Position numbers and translations under genes: made by a program. This document shows positions 59,752 to 64,000 of a DNA stretch of 64,000 nucleotides, piece by piece. Origin of the DNA: Hyaloraphidium curvatum SAG 235-1 (lineage: Eukaryota; Fungi; Monoblepharomycota); assembly GCA_025558095.1 (NCBI GenBank), contig JAIVFI010000033.1:124001-188000 (forward strand), given 5' to 3'. The notes beneath the pieces were generated by a model that searched no databases, was not told the origin of the DNA, and worked only from the letters and a program-made list of their open reading frames with translations. Every line of letters starts with the position of its first letter. Positions within the stretch are counted from its first letter, which is position 1.

Positions 59752-61032
59752 ATGGCCGCCCCCGCGCCCGCCCCCGCGCATCTCGCCTCCCTGCTCGGCC
59801 GCGTGTCCCTCGACGGCGGCCACGGCGCGCACTCGGGCGACCTGGCCGACGCCACGAGCGGGTGCCCCGCCGCCGCCCCCACGGTGTCCATCATCGACCA
59901 CGCCGACGAATCCCGCACCGCCGCCCCGCCCGCGGACTTGCAGCGACCCCATCACGCGGCAGCCGACGGCCACTCGCACGGCGACGGCTGCGCACCGTCC
60001 GCGCCGGCCATCGTGTGGACGCTCACGCGGCAGGCCATCCGGAAGTCAATCGGGGCCGACCCGATGGCCGCGGGCGCGCATTCGCCGTGCTTTTCGACGA
60101 CGGTGGCGGTGCCGGAGGGCAGGAAGAGGCACGGAGGGGCGAGGAAGGGGGGGGAGCCCGTGCCTGAGGGGAGCAAGGGCACCGGGGAGGAAGCCACCTC
60201 GGATGCCCTCCCGGATGCCATCCAGGGAGCCGATCGGCACCAAAATGCCCAGGATGGAGCTACCAAGCCCCCCTCCGACGACATCGTCTCCCGCACCGAG
60301 CTCCGCCTCGGCTGGCAGCTCCTCCTCCGCACCGCCCCCCTCGACATCCTCACCGCGCGCGACCCCCGCGCCCTGGACGAAATCGCCCTCTTCGTCCGCG
60401 CGGCCTTCGTCTCGGGGGCGCCGGAATCGTGCCCGTGCTGCTTCAACAGGACGGCGTCGTTCGACGTCGAGTTCAGGGCGAGGAAGGTCCCGCGCGCCGA
60501 TCAGGCGGCGGAACCGATCCCCGCGGCGCCGGCGCACGCCGAGCATCCGTCCCCGCGCAGGCAACCCCGGGGCAAGCACCACCCCTCCCCCGACAAGAAA
60601 CCCGCCCCCCCCCCGGCCCCGCCCGCGGTCCCGCTCGCCGACGCCCCCACGGGAACCTTCCGCACCGCCCCTTCCCCTCCATCCGACGGCACCCACCCCC
60701 TACTCTCCTTCACGCTCACCGTGCAGCCCCCCCCGCGCCGCAAGGGTTCCCGCCCCGCGCTGCCCCCGCGCTTCGCGGCGGGCCGCGAGTCGTGGGGCGC
60801 TTCGCTGCCGGGGACCTCTTGGCCGCGCGTGCTGGCGGTGCTCGATTCCATCGCGGGGGAGGAGGATGCGGTGCTCGAGGTTGGGGTGAGGATCCGGGAG
60901 GTGCGGGTCAGGGATGTGAGGAAGAAGAAGCATCCCGAGACGGGGGAGTGCGAGGCGGACAAGGGTGGGTGCACGGGCGATGGGGAGGGGGGCAGGGAGG
61001 GGGGGAAGAGGGGGGTTAGGGGGACGCAGTAA
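59752..61032 (+). CDS. Hypothetical protein with a probable MATH/TRAF-like domain interrupted by low-complexity inserts
   Basis: IVWTL...SPCF / WQLLL...IALFV...RTASF / RF....ESWG...LEVGVRI. Confidence 0.5.
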   Translation: MAAPAPAPAHLASLLGRVSLDGGHGAHSGDLADATSGCPAAAPTVSIIDHADESRTAAPPADLQRPHHAAADGHSHGDGCAPSAPAIVWTLTRQAIRKSIGADPMAAGAHSPCFSTTVAVPEGRKRHGGARKGGEPVPEGSKGTGEEATSDALPDAIQGADRHQNAQDGATKPPSDDIVSRTELRLGWQLLLRTAPLDILTARDPRALDEIALFVRAAFVSGAPESCPCCFNRTASFDVEFRARKVPRADQAAEPIPAAPAHAEHPSPRRQPRGKHHPSPDKKPAPPPAPPAVPLADAPTGTFRTAPSPPSDGTHPLLSFTLTVQPPPRRKGSRPALPPRFAAGRESWGASLPGTSWPRVLAVLDSIAGEEDAVLEVGVRIREVRVRDVRKKKHPETGECEADKGGCTGDGEGGREGGKRGVRGTQ

Positions 61033-61366
61033 TGGACGTTTGAAGCGGCGGCAGGCAACACTGGTCCTGTTCCCATTACTTCTTCCCCGGCTCGCACATC
61101 CTCCACATCCTGGGGATGGCTGCGCCGGAAGGTCCTCCGATATGCACTGTTTCGACGTGACCTTCTTCCATTGAGATTCCTTGCCGATCCCACGTCGGCA
61201 TGGTGCCGGTTCCACGCATGGCATTTCCATGGCATCCATCCTGCACAGGATCAGGCGCGGCAAGTGAACAATCTGGTTTTCAGGTCCCAGTCACCGCCGG
61301 CCTTGGCGTCGCGTGGCGAAGCATGCGGTCCCCATCGCGAGTCACATCGAACTCGAACTACATCTA

Positions 61367-63001
61367 ATGCCAATCGGACGGACATTTCCGACAATTCGCA
61401 CCTTTTTTCTCTTCGCTCTCTGCCTCCTCGCGCTGTCCCGAGCGGCGACGGCGGGCCACTCGGGCACGGACCAGACGGAGGCCATCGATCCCGCCACGGG
61501 CCTTTGGACCTGCTCGCTCTTGTCCTGGTCGACCGCCGGCGGGGGCTCGGTGCACCGCTGCGTCGGCGCTTGCCCGGGCGGGTCTCGGACGCTCGGCGTC
61601 GGGCGGCGGGACGTCGCGGACCTGGGAGAATGCGGCACCGCGAGCTGCGTCCGCATCCCGTCGCTCAACTGCTCGTTCGTGAGCGTCGTCTCCGTGAACG
61701 CAGCCGGGTGGAATTATGGCGCGCAGGTCAAGTGCCGCGGGAACGGCACCTGCACGCTCTTCTCGGACCCCTGGTGCAAGGACGAAGTCGGCCCAGCGCC
61801 CGCTTCGGCCGGCCCGACCTTGTGCGACGCGCCCCAGAACGATACAAACCTCACAACATTCTCTCCGTGGTGCTTCGAGGCCTATCACTCCCTGTTCCGC
61901 TCGCCCGTGCCGGAATCGTCGCGCTGCTCCGACCTCTCCCACCTCGTCGCCGCCAATAGGCCTTGGAACAGCAATTGGACGTGCGTGCGCAGCTGCGGGG
62001 GTCCGCTTCCGGGGTTGCACATGCAGATCCGCCGAGCGGGGCTCGGATCGAACGCGGACGCCGAGTGCCTCACCATTGATTCGTACATCAATCCGGCCAA
62101 ATCGTGCGCCTTCTACTGCGATCCGCAGTGCAAGAACCTCCTCCTCGGCTTGGCCTCCCAGCTCCACGAGCCCCCGTACTACCCCCAGGCTAATTGCAAC
62201 CGGACCTCCTCCACGGCCTCGTGGTGCCCCGCCGCGCTCGCCGTGGCCCTAAACGGCACCCTCCCGTCCCCCCAGATCTGCGAAGCGGTCCCCATGTGCC
62301 CGCTGGATCGGGGCGGAAAATACGTCCCGCTCTCGACATGCGTGCGCTCCTGCGACCCCGGCGATAATGGGCACTACTTCATCGCCGTCTCGCTGCCCCC
62401 CGTTAACCGAAACACCCCCGTTCGCACCGCCTGCGCCGGGCCAAGGAACGGCACCATAGTGCCGGGTTTGGCGTTCGAATCCGGCACCGCTTGCTCCTGG
62501 TTCTTGGACCCGGCGTGCACGGTGCTGGCGCCGGGAGAACCGACGCCGGCGGAGATGGCCAATGACCGCGTGGTCGCCGGAGTGTTGTGCCCGCTGAAGG
62601 AGCAGGGCGTGGTGAGGGGCTCGTGGTGCGACAGGGCGGAGGAGGCCTTTGAACCGGGGGGAGTCAAGACCGTTCTGCCATGCGGGGCGAAGAAGACGAC
62701 GACGGAGCTGCAAATGACGTCGACAAGGGCGGCGACCTCGACGGCGGCACAAACGACCTCGACGGCGGCACAAACGACCTCGACGGCGGCACAAACGACC
62801 TCGACGGCGGCGCAAGCAACCGCGACGGCGGCGCAGGCAACCTCGACAGCTGTGCAGGCGACGCCCACCCAGGCAACGTCACCCGTAGGACAGGCAACGT
62901 CCACACGTGTGCCATCGGGCGCTGGACGCACGGGAGCGTCCGAGGAGGTGGCATGGATGGGGACACTGGCGGCGCTTGCAGCGATCGTTGCGGCGGTATG
63001 A
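61367..63001 (+). CDS. Secreted, probably GPI-anchored Cys-rich surface protein with Thr/Ala repeat stalk
   Basis: Signal peptide, three Cys/Trp modules, TTSTAAQ repeats, hydrophobic C-terminus. Confidence 0.82.
   Translation: MPIGRTFPTIRTFFLFALCLLALSRAATAGHSGTDQTEAIDPATGLWTCSLLSWSTAGGGSVHRCVGACPGGSRTLGVGRRDVADLGECGTASCVRIPSLNCSFVSVVSVNAAGWNYGAQVKCRGNGTCTLFSDPWCKDEVGPAPASAGPTLCDAPQNDTNLTTFSPWCFEAYHSLFRSPVPESSRCSDLSHLVAANRPWNSNWTCVRSCGGPLPGLHMQIRRAGLGSNADAECLTIDSYINPAKSCAFYCDPQCKNLLLGLASQLHEPPYYPQANCNRTSSTASWCPAALAVALNGTLPSPQICEAVPMCPLDRGGKYVPLSTCVRSCDPGDNGHYFIAVSLPPVNRNTPVRTACAGPRNGTIVPGLAFESGTACSWFLDPACTVLAPGEPTPAEMANDRVVAGVLCPLKEQGVVRGSWCDRAEEAFEPGGVKTVLPCGAKKTTTELQMTSTRAATSTAAQTTSTAAQTTSTAAQTTSTAAQATATAAQATSTAVQATPTQATSPVGQATSTRVPSGAGRTGASEEVAWMGTLAALAAIVAAV
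62733..62860 (+). repeat. Coding minisatellite, 21-bp unit (TTSTAAQ), about 6 copies degenerating 3'
   Basis: ACGACCTCGACGGCGGCACAA repeated. Confidence 0.9.
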
Positions 63002-63143
63002 TCTTTTCGTGTGGTTCTCGTGGTGTACAGAGATCTGTGACGTCAGGCTGCTGTACCACGGACCGCGGTCCCCGTTCTCAAGGCCTCCATCGGCAGGCTG
63101 CTCCATGTTGTCCGAAACCACCCCGTACGCAAAATGCGGCCGA

Positions 63144-63733
63144 TCACTGGGCCGGAGCGGATCCGCAGGCGTTCCGGTGCTCCGCCCAGTCCAACCTCTG
63201 GCACTCTTTGGAGCAGTATACCACGGCCTTGCACCTTTGGCACCTTTTGAACTTGCCGTTGCCGTCGACGGTGGGCGGGTTCGGAACGTTGCAGAACGAG
63301 CAGAACCTCCTGACCTCTGGGTCGAATTGGTGCGGGACGCCGAAGAATCCGTCCAAACCAAGTCGTTTGCGGACGATGGGCATGATGTGGTCGACGTCGG
63401 TTCCCGTCTTGATCAGCTCGGGACCGTCCCAGACTTCGATGGAGAGCGAGTCGACGACGTTGGCGAAGATCGCAGCCGTCCAGTTGATAACAATCTCTTC
63501 GGCGGACGTCAGCGCGCTGCCCTGGGCGCGCCGGGCGGGAAAGTGAGCCCACCGTCCGTGACTTTCTCCAGGTGTTCGCGCGTAGCCGGACGGGCCCATA
63601 CTTTGTTGAGGCGGGGGCGCGAATGCGCAACCGCAAAGAGGAGCGAGCCGGCATTCTTCCTGATGCTCATGTCTGCGAACACGCTGCCGGGCAACTTGTA
63701 GGTGATGCGGAGGTCCACGTCGTTAGCGGCCAT
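63144..63733 (-). CDS. MYND zinc-finger protein, two exons
   Basis: CSFC...RCQRCKAVVYCSKECQRLDW.EH...C. Confidence 0.88.
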
Positions 63734-64000
63734 TGCAGGTGCGGCGGGGAGCTTCGGCGCGGGGTGCGGATCGGAGCGATGCGGCCGGGGCGGCCGGCGA
63801 GATCCGTCCGTCACGGGGCGGTGGGGGGGCGCAGAGACACGAGGCAAGCAGACGCGCGGCGGCGGCGGTCAAGAGGTGCCGCCGTGGAAGACTCAGAGGC
63901 AGGTTTGCGCGGGACGGTTTGGTGTTGGTCGCGCGCGAGTCACTGGTCCCGCGCGCGCCAGGCTCTTCAGTCTCGGCTTTTGCATGAACTTGTGCAACGT

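Overview
GC-rich, gene-dense eukaryotic DNA with many short (~35-60 nt) spliceosomal introns. The Zn2Cys6 factor, DUF3712 protein and fungal-type Sec3 indicate a fungus; an early-diverging, chytrid/monoblepharid-like lineage is my inference. I reconstructed about 34 protein genes by hand, so exon boundaries are approximate. Housekeeping genes include PI-PLC, an M14 carboxypeptidase, a RING ligase, PP2C, ECI1, an MCT transporter and Sec3. They are interspersed with many bacterial-type genes: a tandem YbaY/YscW-domain protein, PhnZ, UDP-GlcA 4-epimerase, a 2OG-Fe(II) oxygenase, CruF-like, DUF1648, a head-to-head ICMT-like/CPBP pair and a GNAT. The most striking structure is a ~1.18 kb insertion bounded by CCAT direct repeats that splits an epoxide hydrolase gene and carries an antisense, intron-containing HNH endonuclease. 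Other notable features are a 161-bp tandem repeat at the window start, an IQx3-TLDc protein, a TPR-metallo-beta-lactamase fusion, an unnamed Cys/Trp module shared by two surface proteins, and non-canonical (GC-AG, possibly GA-AG) introns. Family calls come from motif recognition only; no searches were run.
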